From contig CAXXGO010000006.1 of NCBI GenBank assembly GCA_963666835.2, forward strand, positions 640,001-704,000: DNA of 64,000 nt, read 5' to 3'. A program made the translations under genes and the position numbers. The notes beneath the pieces were generated by a model. It saw nothing but the letters and a program-made list of their open reading frames with translations, was not told the DNA's origin and made no database searches. Within the stretch, counting starts at the first letter, position 1. Every line of letters begins with the position of its first letter. This stretch comes from Phycisphaerae bacterium. Lineage in GTDB: Bacteria > Planctomycetota > Phycisphaerae > UBA1845. Shown piece by piece: positions 1 to 10,715 of the stretch.

Positions 1-197
1 ACGGCCCCGGAATGCCCGACGAGGTCCGCCGCCGGGTGTTCGAACCGTTTTATACCACCAAGCCTGTAGGTACTGGGACCGGGCTCGGACTATCGGTATC
101 CTATATGATCGTAACGAACAACCACGGGGGCCGCATGACGGTGGAATCGACACCGAAGAGGGGAGCGAAGTTCGTGATCGAGTTGCCGCTACGGTGA
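1..197 (+). CDS. C-terminal HATPase_c end of a sensor histidine kinase (truncated by window edge)
   Basis: GPGM...FEPFYTTKPVGTGTGLGLSVSY (G1/F/G2 boxes); very similar to the C-terminus of the next kinase. Confidence 0.9.
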   Translation, partial: GPGMPDEVRRRVFEPFYTTKPVGTGTGLGLSVSYMIVTNNHGGRMTVESTPKRGAKFVIELPLR

Positions 198-247
198 CAG
201 GTAAGCGACGATTGCCGCGACCAGACTGGTCTTAGAAGGTAACGCGA

Positions 248-272
248 GTGTGCCACTGCTCTTGAGCAGTGC
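248..272. repeat. REP-like family B (GTGTGCCACTGCTCTTGAGCAGTGC)
   Basis: Palindromic core CACTGCTC-TT-GAGCAGTG; related copies near 29763, 48919, 52958, 53022, 53193 and 63868. Confidence 0.8.
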
Positions 273-361
273 AGGAACGGGACACGGCCTGGATAAAACC
301 GAACCTCTGCGTGTGACAAAGCAGTAGTCTCAGGGAAACGTCGTCGGGTTGATAGGACGTT

Positions 362-1293
362 TTGTCGATGACCTTCAGGACGAGACTGTCTCTCATCATT
401 GTCGGCTGCGGTCTTCTGCCGTTGATTGTCGGCTCGGTCTTCCATCTGGCATTTGCCTGGAAGAACGAGAAGGGTCGGATTCTCCAGCTTGCCAAAGTGG
501 TAACGCAATCGGGCGCCAACGTATTTTCGGCCCATCTCGATAAGAGAAAGGCCGAAATCTCCGCCTATGCCAACATGCCCTTATTGCAGAGCATGGACTG
601 GGAGCGGATCGGCCCGTTCTTGACAAGCGAGATCGAAAGACACGGCGGCATATATGAGAAACTGCTTCTGGGCCTCCCGGACCAGCCCGGCAACTACTAC
701 ATCACTACGGGCGGTAACCCGCATTTCGGAGGACTGCTGAGCTTTGACAATGAGGATCCCAATGCTCGATTGAAGTCCATCGCCCAACGCGACTACTGGC
801 AGTACACCGCCGGCGACAATCCGAATGCCGAGCGCCGCGTATATGTTTCCAACCCGATGATCTCCTACTTCACCGGCGTGCGCCAGATTATGGTTGCCGC
901 GACGATCCTGTCCGAGGACGGTCGGCGCGTTGCGGGAATGGTATCGGGGTCTATAGCCTGGGATGAGCTGGCCAGGATAGACGAAGAGGTCAAGGGGCAT
1001 GTCCTGCGGAAGTTCGGCGCAGATGCGCGCTGCTTTCTCGTGTCCCATAACGGTACCTATGTATACCATTCGGATAAGACGAACGCTATCCATGTTGAGC
1101 TTGACGATGCCGGGGTGCCGGTCCGGAATGCCATCGGTGAGTTGTCCACTATCGTGCCGAACATCACCGAGGAAGGAAACGAACTGGCCGAGGCCGGCCA
1201 CCGTATCCTGGCGGGCGAGAGCGGGCATGTAATTGTCGAAATACCCGAGCAGGGACGCACATATTGCTTTTTTGCTCCCGTTGAATCCGCCGA
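362..1293 (+). pseudogene. N-terminal part (TM1 + Cache-type sensor domain) of an IS-interrupted histidine kinase
   Basis: N-terminal TM, then dCache-like segments (YVSNPMIS, FLVSHNGTYVYHSD, FAPVES); removing the IS rejoins it in frame to 2344-4597. Confidence 0.88.
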
Positions 1294-2335
1294 CCTGATT
1301 CTCTACCTCGCTCCGGTGGTTAACTCCTTTAATGTCAGTGGTTTGGCAGCTACGGCCGCGATAACAAGGCGATCGAAGAGTTTTGCTTCCATCCAGCGAC
1401 GGTTGGCCCGATAGGTGAACGCGGCCAGGTAACGGTCGAGGTGTTTGGGCGAAACGCTGTGATATGTGCCCACAATCATCCGCTTCAGGTTGCCGATGAA
1501 GGTGTGAACCCAGGGGAAAATTTGAACCGCATTCTTCCCACCGCCCGTCACGATTGCCTCGTGCTCGTACCCGGCCTTGGCCACTGAAACGTAACTTCCC
1601 CATCCGTCCGTCCGGAGACATGAGCCCTTCGCTACGTGTCTCGTCGTGAAACCCCTCAGGCTTCGAGCGTCGACGCTTTTCAGTCCCTGAATGGCGATTC
1701 GCTTAGGCCGGTCGTTCTCGTCAAGCTCGACGGCCACTCCCACTGGGACCTTCTTCTCCACTCCACGCCCCGGCCGACCCGGTTCCCGGCCGCCAACGTA
1801 TGTCTCGTCGACCTCCACAAGTCCCTGCAGGACATAACGTTGGCATCGTTGACGCATGGCCTCGCGGAGCTTCTGCAGCATCATCCAGGCAGTCTGGTAG
1901 CAGACCTGGATCTGCTTGGCCAACGCCGTGGCCGCGAGGCCTTTCTTCGAGTGAGCCTCTTGATACATAGCCCAGAACCACTTCCAGAGCGGCACGCGGG
2001 CACCGTGAAACACCGTGCCGGCCGTCGGTGAGGTCTGATGGTGACACTCCCGGCACTCGACGAGCCCTCGGGTCGGGAGCCACCATCCGCGGTTATGCCC
2101 ACAGTCCGGGCAGACGAACCGTTCCAGGTTCGGTCCCCAGCGAGCCTTTCGCAGATACGCGGCACAGGCCGCATCATCTCCGAAGCGACGCATAAACGAC
2201 GCTACATCCAAGATCTTGGGCACGGGATGCTTCGGGCGAATCTCGTCAGACATGGCCGACCTCCTCCATGAACCATGAAATCGTAAGCCCTAACAAATAC
2301 CGTACTTAGCCGCCGGAGTCAAGTAGAGAATCAGG
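1294..2335 (-). mobile_element. IS1595-family insertion sequence (1042 bp)
   Basis: Terminal inverted repeats starting CCTGATTCTCTAC (13 bp perfect, about 26 bp imperfect); 8-bp target duplication TCCGCCGA at 1286-1293 and 2336-2343. Confidence 0.95.
1303..2253 (-). CDS. IS1595-family (ISXO2-like) DDE transposase
   Basis: Zn ribbon CPDC...CREC, HTH region, VEVDETYVGG, RTDGW, YHSVSPKHLDRYL; stop codon lies inside the inverted repeat. Confidence 0.95.
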   Translation of the reverse strand: MSDEIRPKHPVPKILDVASFMRRFGDDAACAAYLRKARWGPNLERFVCPDCGHNRGWWLPTRGLVECRECHHQTSPTAGTVFHGARVPLWKWFWAMYQEAHSKKGLAATALAKQIQVCYQTAWMMLQKLREAMRQRCQRYVLQGLVEVDETYVGGREPGRPGRGVEKKVPVGVAVELDENDRPKRIAIQGLKSVDARSLRGFTTRHVAKGSCLRTDGWGSYVSVAKAGYEHEAIVTGGGKNAVQIFPWVHTFIGNLKRMIVGTYHSVSPKHLDRYLAAFTYRANRRWMEAKLFDRLVIAAVAAKPLTLKELTTGAR

Positions 2336-2343
2336 TCCGCCGA

Positions 2344-4597
2344 TTACGGCTTCGGGTTGCTCATTCCGGAGAGCGTGGTGACGGCGCCTTTAAGAATGGA
2401 GATGTACTTCTACGGCAGTGTCGGCCTGGGCGTGCTTGTTCTGGCTGCGGTTGCGTCTTATCTGTTGTCCCGCAAGGCGGTGGCACCGCTGATCACGTTC
2501 AGCCGAAGAGCTTTGGAAGTAGCGGGGGGCGACTGGGGGGCGCGGTTTGACGACTCATCGCGCGATGAGATCGGTGTTCTGGCTTTGTCCTTCAACAAGA
2601 TGCTCTCGCAGTTGCAGAGTAGGGAAGGAAACCTGATAGCAGAGGCTGAAAAACAGAAGGTCCTATTCTCGACTATTCCGGCCATTGTCTTTATCAAGAA
2701 TCGGGAAGGGGAGTATATCGCGGCGAACAAGCTCTTCGCCGAAGCCGTGGGCGTTGCCGAGGACCGCATCGCGGGCCAGACTGATTTCTCGCTCTTCCCG
2801 CAAGAAGAGGCCGAGGCGTATCGGCGAGATGATGCCGAGGTAATGCGAACGGGGAAGCCCCGTGTCAATATAGAGGAGATGATGCCGTGCGCAGACGGGG
2901 CCGTCAGATGGGTCTCAACCAACAAGTCGCCGGTTAGAGATGCATCAGGAAACGTGGTGGGTCTCATCGGGGCGTCTGTGGATATCACCGATCGCAGGCG
3001 GGCGGAGGAAGCGCACCGCCTTAGCGAAGCGAAGTTCCGCGGCCTCGTCGAGTCGTCGTCCGACTGGGTATGGGAGGTAGACGCAAAAGGTATTTATACG
3101 TATGTCAGCCCCAAGATTGAGGCCATATTAGGATATGAGCCGCAGGAAGTTATCGGTAAGACGCCCTTCGACCTGATGCCGCCGGACGAGGCAGAACGAA
3201 TCGGAAAGGTCTTCGCAGAGCTGGCAACTGCGGGCCGACCGTTCGCCGCGTTGGAGAATGTCACGCTACATAAGAACGGCCGGCGCGTGGTCGCAGAAAC
3301 GAGTGGTATGCCGGTTCTGAATGAAGGCGGGGAGGTGGCCGGCTATATAGGCATGGATCACGATATTACGAAACGAAAGCAAGCGGAAGACGACCTTCGC
3401 CATCTGCGTAATTACCTTTCCAACATTATCGATTCGATGCCTTCCGTCTTGGTCGGCGTCGATGCGGACGGTCGCGTCACCCAGTGGAACCGCGGCGCGG
3501 AACGGGCTACGGGAACGCGCGCGGAAAACGCCCACGGGCGTTATCTACCCGACGTCTATCCGCAACTTCACAATGGTATGGATCGAGTTCGCGAGGCGAT
3601 CCGCTCTCGCCGCGTGTGCGAGGATCTCAAGGTTCCGCAGGACGTAGACGGCGAGAGACACTACTGCGATATGACCGTCTATCCGTTGGTTGCCAACGGT
3701 GTGGAGGGCGCCGTCATTCGCGTCGACGACGTTTCCGATCGCGTGCGGATCGAGGAAATGATGGTCCAGACCGAGAAGATGATCTCAGTCGGGGGGCTCG
3801 CGGCCGGGATGGCTCACGAGATCAACAACCCGCTCGGCGGGATTATTCAGGGCGCCCAGAACATCCAACGTCGCGTCTCGAAGGACCTGGCCAAGAACAT
3901 CGAAATCGCGCGGGAGTGCGGAGTGGATTTCGAGGGCATGAGGCTGTACTTCCAAAAACGCAAGATCTTGGAGTTTCTGGATGGCATTCGGGAATCCGGC
4001 GCCCGCGCCGCTCGGATCGTCGCCAACATGCTCCAATTCAGCCGCCGGAGCGACTCCTACCGGGAGCCGGCGGACTTGGCCAAACTCATCGACAACACCG
4101 TCGAGCTGGCCGCCAGTGATTACGATCTCAAGAAGAGGTTCGATTTCCGCCACATCGAAATAGTCCGTGACTATGCCCCCAACCTTCCCCTCGTGGAGGT
4201 TGTCCCGACCGAGATTGAACAAGTCATCCTGAATCTGCTGAAAAACGCCGGCCAGGCAATGCAAGAGGCATCCCAAGACACCCAACCTCGGCTAATCCTC
4301 CGGACAAGACACAACCACAACGTGGCTCGTATTGAAATTGAGGATAACGGACCCGGTATGTCCGAAGACGTTCGCCGGCGGGTATTCGAGCCCTTCTTCA
4401 CCACTAAGCCCGTCGGTGCCGGTACCGGTTTGGGGCTGTCGGTTTCCTACATGATTATAACTAACAACCACAACGGCACGATGACCGTCGAGTCGACGCC
4501 GGAAAAGGGGACGCGGTTCATCATCGAGTTGCCCCTCGCCGTGAACCAAGCTGCCCAGACGGCAGCGCCGGACATGCCCCAAGCAACGGCCACCTGA
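2344..4597 (+). pseudogene. C-terminal part (TM2-HAMP-3xPAS-HisKA-HATPase) of the IS-interrupted histidine kinase; ORF still open from 2357
   Basis: HAMP DEIGVLALSFNKM, PAS/PAC repeats, H-box AHEINNPL, N-box NLLKNA, G-boxes. Confidence 0.88.
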
Positions 4598-4722
4598 ACC
4601 GAACCGATTGGGTTGGGCCGAACAGCGGACCTCACCAAACCCGCGCGGCGCAGGCATCCTGCCTGCAGGGGTAGACCGGCTGATTCATCGGCCATCAACG
4701 CTGGCAAGCTTGGCGGCTTCAC

Positions 4723-4752
4723 GTAGGGCATGGTCGAGGTACGAGACCTGCC
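4723..4752 (+). repeat. REP-like family A (GTAGGGCAYGGTCGAGGNACGAGACCTGCC)
   Basis: GTAG tetranucleotide plus imperfect hairpin GGCA-GGTC/GACC-TGCC; about 20 intergenic copies in the window. Confidence 0.9.
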
Positions 4753-4788
4753 GAGAAAGACTGCCCTACACACCTTATGGAAGCTCTG

Positions 4789-6819
4789 CTAGCCTTCGCG
4801 GGCGGCGGCGCGTTCTTTCGCCGCGGCGTCGATAATCTGCTGCTGGACGTTGCCGGGAACCGCCTCGTAATGCGAAAACTCCATCGAGTAAGCACCCTGC
4901 CCCCCGGTGATGCTCGACAGCCGCGAGTTGTAGTCTGCTAGTTCCGCCAGCGGTACGATCGCCTTGATTGACGCCATATTGCCCGGGAGCATTTCCTGCC
5001 CCTGGGGCCGGCCCCGCCGCGACGCCAGATCGCCCTGAATGTCACCAACGTTCTCCGCCGGAACGGTTACATCAATCACGACGATAGGTTCGAGAATCGC
5101 CGGCTTCGACTTGGCGAATGCCTCTTTGAAGGCGCCCTTCCCGGCAATCTGGAACGCAATGTCCTTGCTATCTACCGGATGGGTCTTGCCGTCGACGAGT
5201 TCCACCTTGACGTCCACCACCGGATAGCCGGCCAGCACGCCCTCGGCCATCTGCGCCCGGATTCCCTTATCCACACTGGGGCGGAACGGCTGGTCGATCG
5301 CGCCGCCGAAGATCTTGTCGATGAACTCATACCCCTCACCACGTTCGGCCGGGTACATGTTGATGAACACGCGAGCAAACTGCCCCGCGCCGCCGGTCTG
5401 TTTCTTATGGGTATACTCGACGTTGTCGGCCCGACCCGTGATCGTCTCGCGATAGGGGATCCGCGGCGGCTTGGTATCCACCTGGAGCTTGTATTGCTTG
5501 GCCATCCGCGCCAGATACGTGCGCAACTGCTGGTCACCCATACCCCGGACTACCAGCTCTCCACCGGTGCCCCGCTCCGAGATGAAGCAGGGGTCTTCCT
5601 CCGAGAACCGCTTGAGGGCCGCTCCGATCTTATCCTCGTCCCCGCGCGACTTGGATTCCAACGCCAGCGAGAACATCGGATTGGGGAGAGCCGGCATCGC
5701 AATCTCGCCGCCCTTCCCCGAGGTCAATGCGACCCCGATGTCGAAGTCCAGTTTGCCAAGAGTAATGATGTCGCCGGCCAAGCCGGTCTCAACGTCCTTG
5801 TGTTCGGAGCCAAGCGACCGCAGAAGCTGGCCCGGACGCACTCCCTTCGTATCACCGACCGACTTCAACGACATATCCGAGGTCAGCTTCCCCGAGTGAA
5901 TCCGGAGACTGACGTACTTGATATGGCTCTTGGCGTCCGTGCTGATCTTGAACACCTGAGCTACGAATGGCCCGTCGACATCCGGCTCAATCTCGGTTTC
6001 CGTCTCACCGCTGACCAGAACACGCCGCTTCCCGACCATCGGGCTCGGGCAGCAGGACACTATGGCGTCCAACATCTCCGCAATGCCGACGTCGCCCCGG
6101 GTGTTCGTGAAGAGAATCGGTGTGAACTCGCCTTGCGCAACCGCCTTGGCCGCAGCCACGCGCACCTCGTCATCCGAGAGCTCGCCCCCGAGGTACTTCT
6201 CCATCAGCTCGTCGTCCGCTCCGACGATCGCCTCGATTACCGCGGTGTGCGCGTCTTCCACGCTGTAGAAGTCCGAATCGCCGGATTCGTTCGCAAAGCA
6301 GTCAACCACGCCCGTTCCTCCACCGGTCGGCAGGTTCATGGGAACGCACTGCTGCCCGAACGACTCCTGAATCTGCCCCACGGTGGCCTCCAGATCCAGG
6401 TTCGGCGCGTCAATGTGAGTTACTACCACGCACACGCCCAGACCGTACTCCCGGGCTCGTTCCATCATCCGGCGAGTATTGACCTGGATTCCGGACGAGG
6501 CCGAGATGACGACCACCGCACACTCGACCGGAGCCAACGCCGCGATTGCCTGACCACAAAACGCGCTCGAACCGGGCGTGTCGACGATGTTCACATGCAC
6601 GTCCCCGTGCGTCAGGAAGCACGTCGCCGATTCCAGCGTGCATAGTCTCTCCCGCTCATCTTCCGTACTGTCCAGTATGGAGGTCTTGTCCTGAACGCTG
6701 CCCAGCCGATTCGTAACCCCGGCCTTATACAGGAGGGCTTCTGCAAGAGAAGTCTTCCCGGCCCCGGTGTGTCCAATGAGCGCGATATTTCGATACTGGT
6801 CAGGTTTCAAGACAGCCAT
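4789..6819 (-). CDS. Elongation factor G-like protein (divergent EF-G2 type)
   Basis: GHTGAGKTS, DTPG, YRETI, HKKQTGGAGQFA, HPVDS, EF-G domain V; divergent G3 and G4 (DTPGS, THID). Confidence 0.9.
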   Translation of the reverse strand: MAVLKPDQYRNIALIGHTGAGKTSLAEALLYKAGVTNRLGSVQDKTSILDSTEDERERLCTLESATCFLTHGDVHVNIVDTPGSSAFCGQAIAALAPVECAVVVISASSGIQVNTRRMMERAREYGLGVCVVVTHIDAPNLDLEATVGQIQESFGQQCVPMNLPTGGGTGVVDCFANESGDSDFYSVEDAHTAVIEAIVGADDELMEKYLGGELSDDEVRVAAAKAVAQGEFTPILFTNTRGDVGIAEMLDAIVSCCPSPMVGKRRVLVSGETETEIEPDVDGPFVAQVFKISTDAKSHIKYVSLRIHSGKLTSDMSLKSVGDTKGVRPGQLLRSLGSEHKDVETGLAGDIITLGKLDFDIGVALTSGKGGEIAMPALPNPMFSLALESKSRGDEDKIGAALKRFSEEDPCFISERGTGGELVVRGMGDQQLRTYLARMAKQYKLQVDTKPPRIPYRETITGRADNVEYTHKKQTGGAGQFARVFINMYPAERGEGYEFIDKIFGGAIDQPFRPSVDKGIRAQMAEGVLAGYPVVDVKVELVDGKTHPVDSKDIAFQIAGKGAFKEAFAKSKPAILEPIVVIDVTVPAENVGDIQGDLASRRGRPQGQEMLPGNMASIKAIVPLAELADYNSRLSSITGGQGAYSMEFSHYEAVPGNVQQQIIDAAAKERAAAREG

Positions 6820-7160
6820 CGTTCACTCCTGTCGGCAAACGGTTAACACAAACAGCGCGAGATCCACATTGCGGCGGGGCTAACCCTCGCGCGGAAGCCA
6901 CGTATCCTATCGAATCTGAGGCCGCCCCGCTATGGGCGTTCTTTTCCCAAACTGCGGTAAACCTTCCATCTTCTCCGCTACCCATCCAGCCCAAGGGGTG
7001 AGGAACACCCGCAGGTTGACAACCAAAGCGGTATCCGCAACCTTGACCGACGCAGCGGGAAACCGCCGGCTGACCACCAACTGCCGCAGCGCGGCACGGA
7101 CGGACACCCGCGGGCAAGAAACGAACGGACGAGTCTGCTAATCTGTTTGGAGGTCGGATC

Positions 7161-7601
7161 ATGAACTATCGGACTATACTCCTTCCCCTTTTCGGTGCCC
7201 TTGCGGCCGTAGCGGGCTGCGATGCCCTGGCCGGGCTGCTGTCGGCCACCACGGTAACCGTGAGGCTGGTCAACAACACCGCATACTCAGTTGACGCCGA
7301 GATATACACCCACGATGACGACGGAATCGAATCGCTCCTGATTACCGAGCTCGGGCAGCAGCACGATCAGATTATCCTGGCAGGCCAGACCGCCTCGTTC
7401 GCGCTGAGCTGTGAGGATTCGCAGGCGATCGTTGTCGATGACGCTGATCTTCAGATGCTCATCGGACTCGGGCCGGAAACCAGCTCCGACGTGCTCCGCG
7501 ATGGCGAGGACTTCAATTGCGGAGACGTTATTACGTTCACGTTCAGCTACGAGAATCTCGATTTCGACGTCACCACTACCGTGACGGATGTGCCCGGGTA
7601 G
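7161..7601 (+). CDS. Hypothetical lipoprotein
   Basis: RBS GGAGG; lipobox VAGC; acidic, beta-rich mature part. Confidence 0.7.
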   Translation: MNYRTILLPLFGALAAVAGCDALAGLLSATTVTVRLVNNTAYSVDAEIYTHDDDGIESLLITELGQQHDQIILAGQTASFALSCEDSQAIVVDDADLQMLIGLGPETSSDVLRDGEDFNCGDVITFTFSYENLDFDVTTTVTDVPG

Positions 7602-7735
7602 ATCCGACGTCGGAACTGCGGCCCGACCTACTCAGAAACAACGCCCACGGCAGCCGAAGAAGGCTCCCGCGGGCGTTGTTGGTTCTGCACGTCAAGCTCC
7701 GGGCGATATTCCGGCCGGATCGCGAGGTTGCCGCC

Positions 7736-7927
7736 TTATTCCACAACCATCTCACCCGGTGAGGTCATCTCATAATCCGAGCCTGACTCGGATTCCTCCT
7801 GCCGCTCCGGTGGCGGGTTCTCATCGTATTCGTAGGTCCGCACTGATTTGTGCGACGAGGTCGCACATCCGGCGGCGAAACCGATCAAGGCCACAGCTGC
7901 CAGCAGCGCTCTGAACTTATTACGCAT
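7736..7927 (-). CDS. Small lipoprotein
   Basis: MRNKFR plus hydrophobic core plus AAGC lipobox; acidic tail; last gene of the 10476-7736 cluster. Confidence 0.65.
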   Translation of the reverse strand: MRNKFRALLAAVALIGFAAGCATSSHKSVRTYEYDENPPPERQEESESGSDYEMTSPGEMVVE

Positions 7928-7970
7928 TGTCCTGCTCTCCAAACAAGGCGGCTCGGACGCGGTCCGCGTC

Positions 7971-9284
7971 CTACCCGCGACGCTCGACGATCAACATGTG
8001 CTGATGTACCACCGACCACACGTCCGCTGCCGGAAGTGATACTTTCACGGAAGCCACACCGCCCTCGTATACGGCCGGCTCGGCCACAGCGCCGATCAGC
8101 ACGGCGTCTACCTGCGTGCCAATCTCGTCGTACTGGGTAACAAAGTCTCGCACGGAGGTGCTCGACTCAATGGTCAAACCGTAGACCTGCTCAGCCAGCC
8201 GGCGTTTCGCATCCAGCTCGGCTGCCCGGGCCGCCCGCAGCTTACCCTGCGCCGTATCCAGTTCCGGATCAGTTCCCTGCCCGACAGCCGTTATCTGCTC
8301 ACCCATCCAGCTTGGCTGCTCGATTCCCGAACTCTTGGCTTGCCCAAGGAACCGCGAGGGGGGCACCCCGCAACCGGTCGCCTGGAAGGTGTCGCGTTGG
8401 ATTGACTTCTTCGTGTTGACGATGTCAGTCGTCGTGACGCGGTTGCCCTTGTAATGCTGCGAGTGGAGCTCTTTCACCCGGGTGATGACTTTCTCCACCG
8501 GGATCTCCATCGTGACCTCCACGATGAGCTCATCATTGTGCAGGAACTTGCTGACCTTCCCCGCGCCGACCACCAACCCCTTGGCTTGGGTGGAGATCTC
8601 GTCGTATTCGGTGACGAAATCCCGCACAAGCGTATTGGAGTTGAGGCGGAGACCCTTGATCCGCTCCAGCAACTGACGCATGGCATCCATTTCCGCCGCC
8701 CGCTCGGCCATCAGCCGCGCCTGCGGAGGAACGGCCTTCCAGATCGCCGGGACGGACGTCGGGATGACGTATCCGTCCGGCAGCGGCGAGACCACATCTT
8801 CAAAGCCCTCCGGAAGAGGGGGAACCTCAGGCCGGGGTGCGCCGGCACCGGTCACGCGAATGATGTCCTTCTGAAGCCTCTGCTTGATCTGCTCGAAGTC
8901 CGTGGTCCGGACCGTGTTTCCTTTGTAGTGCTGGGTGTGGATCTCCTTGAGCGACGTTATCAGCTTCGCCACGGTTACCTCGGCGTCCACTTCGCAGATG
9001 CCGTCATCGTAATAGCGCGGCGGCCCCAACCGAACGCCCTTGACCCATGCATCCACCTTTGCACGAATTTCGTCACTTTCCGTGACAAAATCGCGCACGT
9101 ACGTCTCGGAGTTGATCTGAACCCCGTAGACCGTCTCCGCCAGCTTGCGATAGCAGTCCGCCTCCGCCGCTCGCTTCGCCAGCAGCTTGTTCTGTGCGGC
9201 CTTCGCCAGATCGTCTGCCAGAGCCGCCCCGGCGCCCAAGCTGAGCGCCATCAGAAACAACACAATACCTTTGACACGTATCAT
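7971..9284 (-). CDS. Secreted protein with three LPP20/FlgP-like repeats
   Basis: Signal peptide; three RAAExDxxRxLxExxxGxxxxSxTxVRDFVTxxDEI repeats; RBS GAGGAGG. Confidence 0.75.
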   Translation of the reverse strand: MIRVKGIVLFLMALSLGAGAALADDLAKAAQNKLLAKRAAEADCYRKLAETVYGVQINSETYVRDFVTESDEIRAKVDAWVKGVRLGPPRYYDDGICEVDAEVTVAKLITSLKEIHTQHYKGNTVRTTDFEQIKQRLQKDIIRVTGAGAPRPEVPPLPEGFEDVVSPLPDGYVIPTSVPAIWKAVPPQARLMAERAAEMDAMRQLLERIKGLRLNSNTLVRDFVTEYDEISTQAKGLVVGAGKVSKFLHNDELIVEVTMEIPVEKVITRVKELHSQHYKGNRVTTTDIVNTKKSIQRDTFQATGCGVPPSRFLGQAKSSGIEQPSWMGEQITAVGQGTDPELDTAQGKLRAARAAELDAKRRLAEQVYGLTIESSTSVRDFVTQYDEIGTQVDAVLIGAVAEPAVYEGGVASVKVSLPAADVWSVVHQHMLIVERRG

Positions 9285-9435
9285 CAAAACGCCTCCTCAT
9301 CGTCCGGGAACCCGATCCCAGCCGGATCCCGCATTGACTGCTGTTGTGCATGCCCAATGCGACCATGCACCATGTAGGACACTCGAACACACCGGTGGTT
9401 GGTGCCCCTTCCGCTCAAGGCGGGAAATCGGCTGC

Positions 9436-10476
9436 CTACCGCCGCACGCGGTCGGCGTAGGTCTTCATTCGATCCCGAGCTTCCCGATAAACCGCGTTCT
9501 GCTGTCCGGCACAAGCCATCTTGTAGTGCTTAAGAGCCTCCTGATAGCGGCCGGACGCTTCGCAGGCCACCCCGGCGCCATAGCAGGCGGCGTGGTCGTT
9601 CGGGTTCGCGTCTATAGCCATCTTGAAGTTGGACAAAGCCCCCTCGAACTCCTCCGCGCGGAGCAGCTTGGTCCCCTGGACGCAGTTCTCCTGCCCGCTC
9701 GATTCGACAGTCGCCTCAACGTCGATCCGGCAGGGCATGAGCCGGCTGATGAACTCCCGGGCACCGCGTTCCACCAATGTGGCGATGATCGCATCCGTCG
9801 GAGTCAGTTCCGCTTCGGTCTGGCTCGATCCGAAGATCGGGCTGGCCTTCGTCTTGTCGGTCGATCGGAAGGTTTTTGGGGAGTAGTACTCCCAGACCTT
9901 GTTGTTGGCGGTGTCGAGCAACTTGAACGCCGTTTGGACCGTGACGTTGCGGGATACGGTCTCGACCTCCTCGGTTCGTACATCCCCGCCGCCGTGTCCG
10001 TATCCGTGTCCGCCGCCGCCCCACAGGCTCAGGCCGGAGAGCGTGCGCTGCTTGCCGACATGCTTCTCGATCTTCACATCGACCTTGCTCAGGATCGCCC
10101 CCTGGGCCGCCACGAGCTTGCCCCCGGTACCGGCGTTCCCCGTCGACATCCCCGCGGCCGCTAAGTCTGCTTCATCGAAGGTGATATGCGTATCACGGCG
10201 GTCGTTCACATCGACATTCGTTCCGAAGCTGTTGCGAGATTCGTTCACCAGCGATTGCATAATCGTGACGCACATGTCGGACCACTGCTCGTCAGTCGTA
10301 GCCCCCAATTCTGCCGGTACGATCATCAACGTGCTCATTCCCGGGGGCAGGCCCCGAGTCGCCTCGACGGCGTAACTGAAATTGACCACCGCCGTCTCGT
10401 GGCTCGCGCATCCCGCCAGGGTCGATATCCCCAACAGCCCAATCACCAGTACCAAGGCGCGATTCCCGTTCATCAT
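9436..10476 (-). CDS. Lipoprotein with possible CsgG/LpoB-like domain and C-terminal TPR
   Basis: Lipobox LAGC; TPR-like helices (AIDANPNDHAACYGAGVACEASGRYQEALKHY). Confidence 0.7.
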   Translation of the reverse strand: MMNGNRALVLVIGLLGISTLAGCASHETAVVNFSYAVEATRGLPPGMSTLMIVPAELGATTDEQWSDMCVTIMQSLVNESRNSFGTNVDVNDRRDTHITFDEADLAAAGMSTGNAGTGGKLVAAQGAILSKVDVKIEKHVGKQRTLSGLSLWGGGGHGYGHGGGDVRTEEVETVSRNVTVQTAFKLLDTANNKVWEYYSPKTFRSTDKTKASPIFGSSQTEAELTPTDAIIATLVERGAREFISRLMPCRIDVEATVESSGQENCVQGTKLLRAEEFEGALSNFKMAIDANPNDHAACYGAGVACEASGRYQEALKHYKMACAGQQNAVYREARDRMKTYADRVRR

Positions 10477-10652
10477 CAAAGATCTCCGTTCCTTTAATAA
10501 GCGACAGTCGGATTACCGTGCCATCAGTCCGTTCCGCTACGCCGCGATGCGGACTACCAATCCGAATCCGCAAACCCTGCTCGAAAAGTGACAAGAAGCA
10601 GCTACATAGCAGAACATCGGCGGACCGACCCGTCAAGCCGTACCCGGCCTGT

Positions 10653-10682
10653 TTGACAGCTCTCGCTGCAGATCCGTAGAAT
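10653..10682 (+). promoter_or_regulatory. Putative sigma70 promoter of ispG
   Basis: TTGACA-18 bp-TAGAAT ending 33 bp before the ATG. Confidence 0.6.
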
Positions 10683-10715
10683 TCGCGTTGATCTGACTCG
10701 GTTTGGCTGCCCAGC

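Noticed and set aside
1294..1414. C-terminal 40 aa of ORF 362..1414
   Set aside because: Read-through into the IS, not part of the original protein
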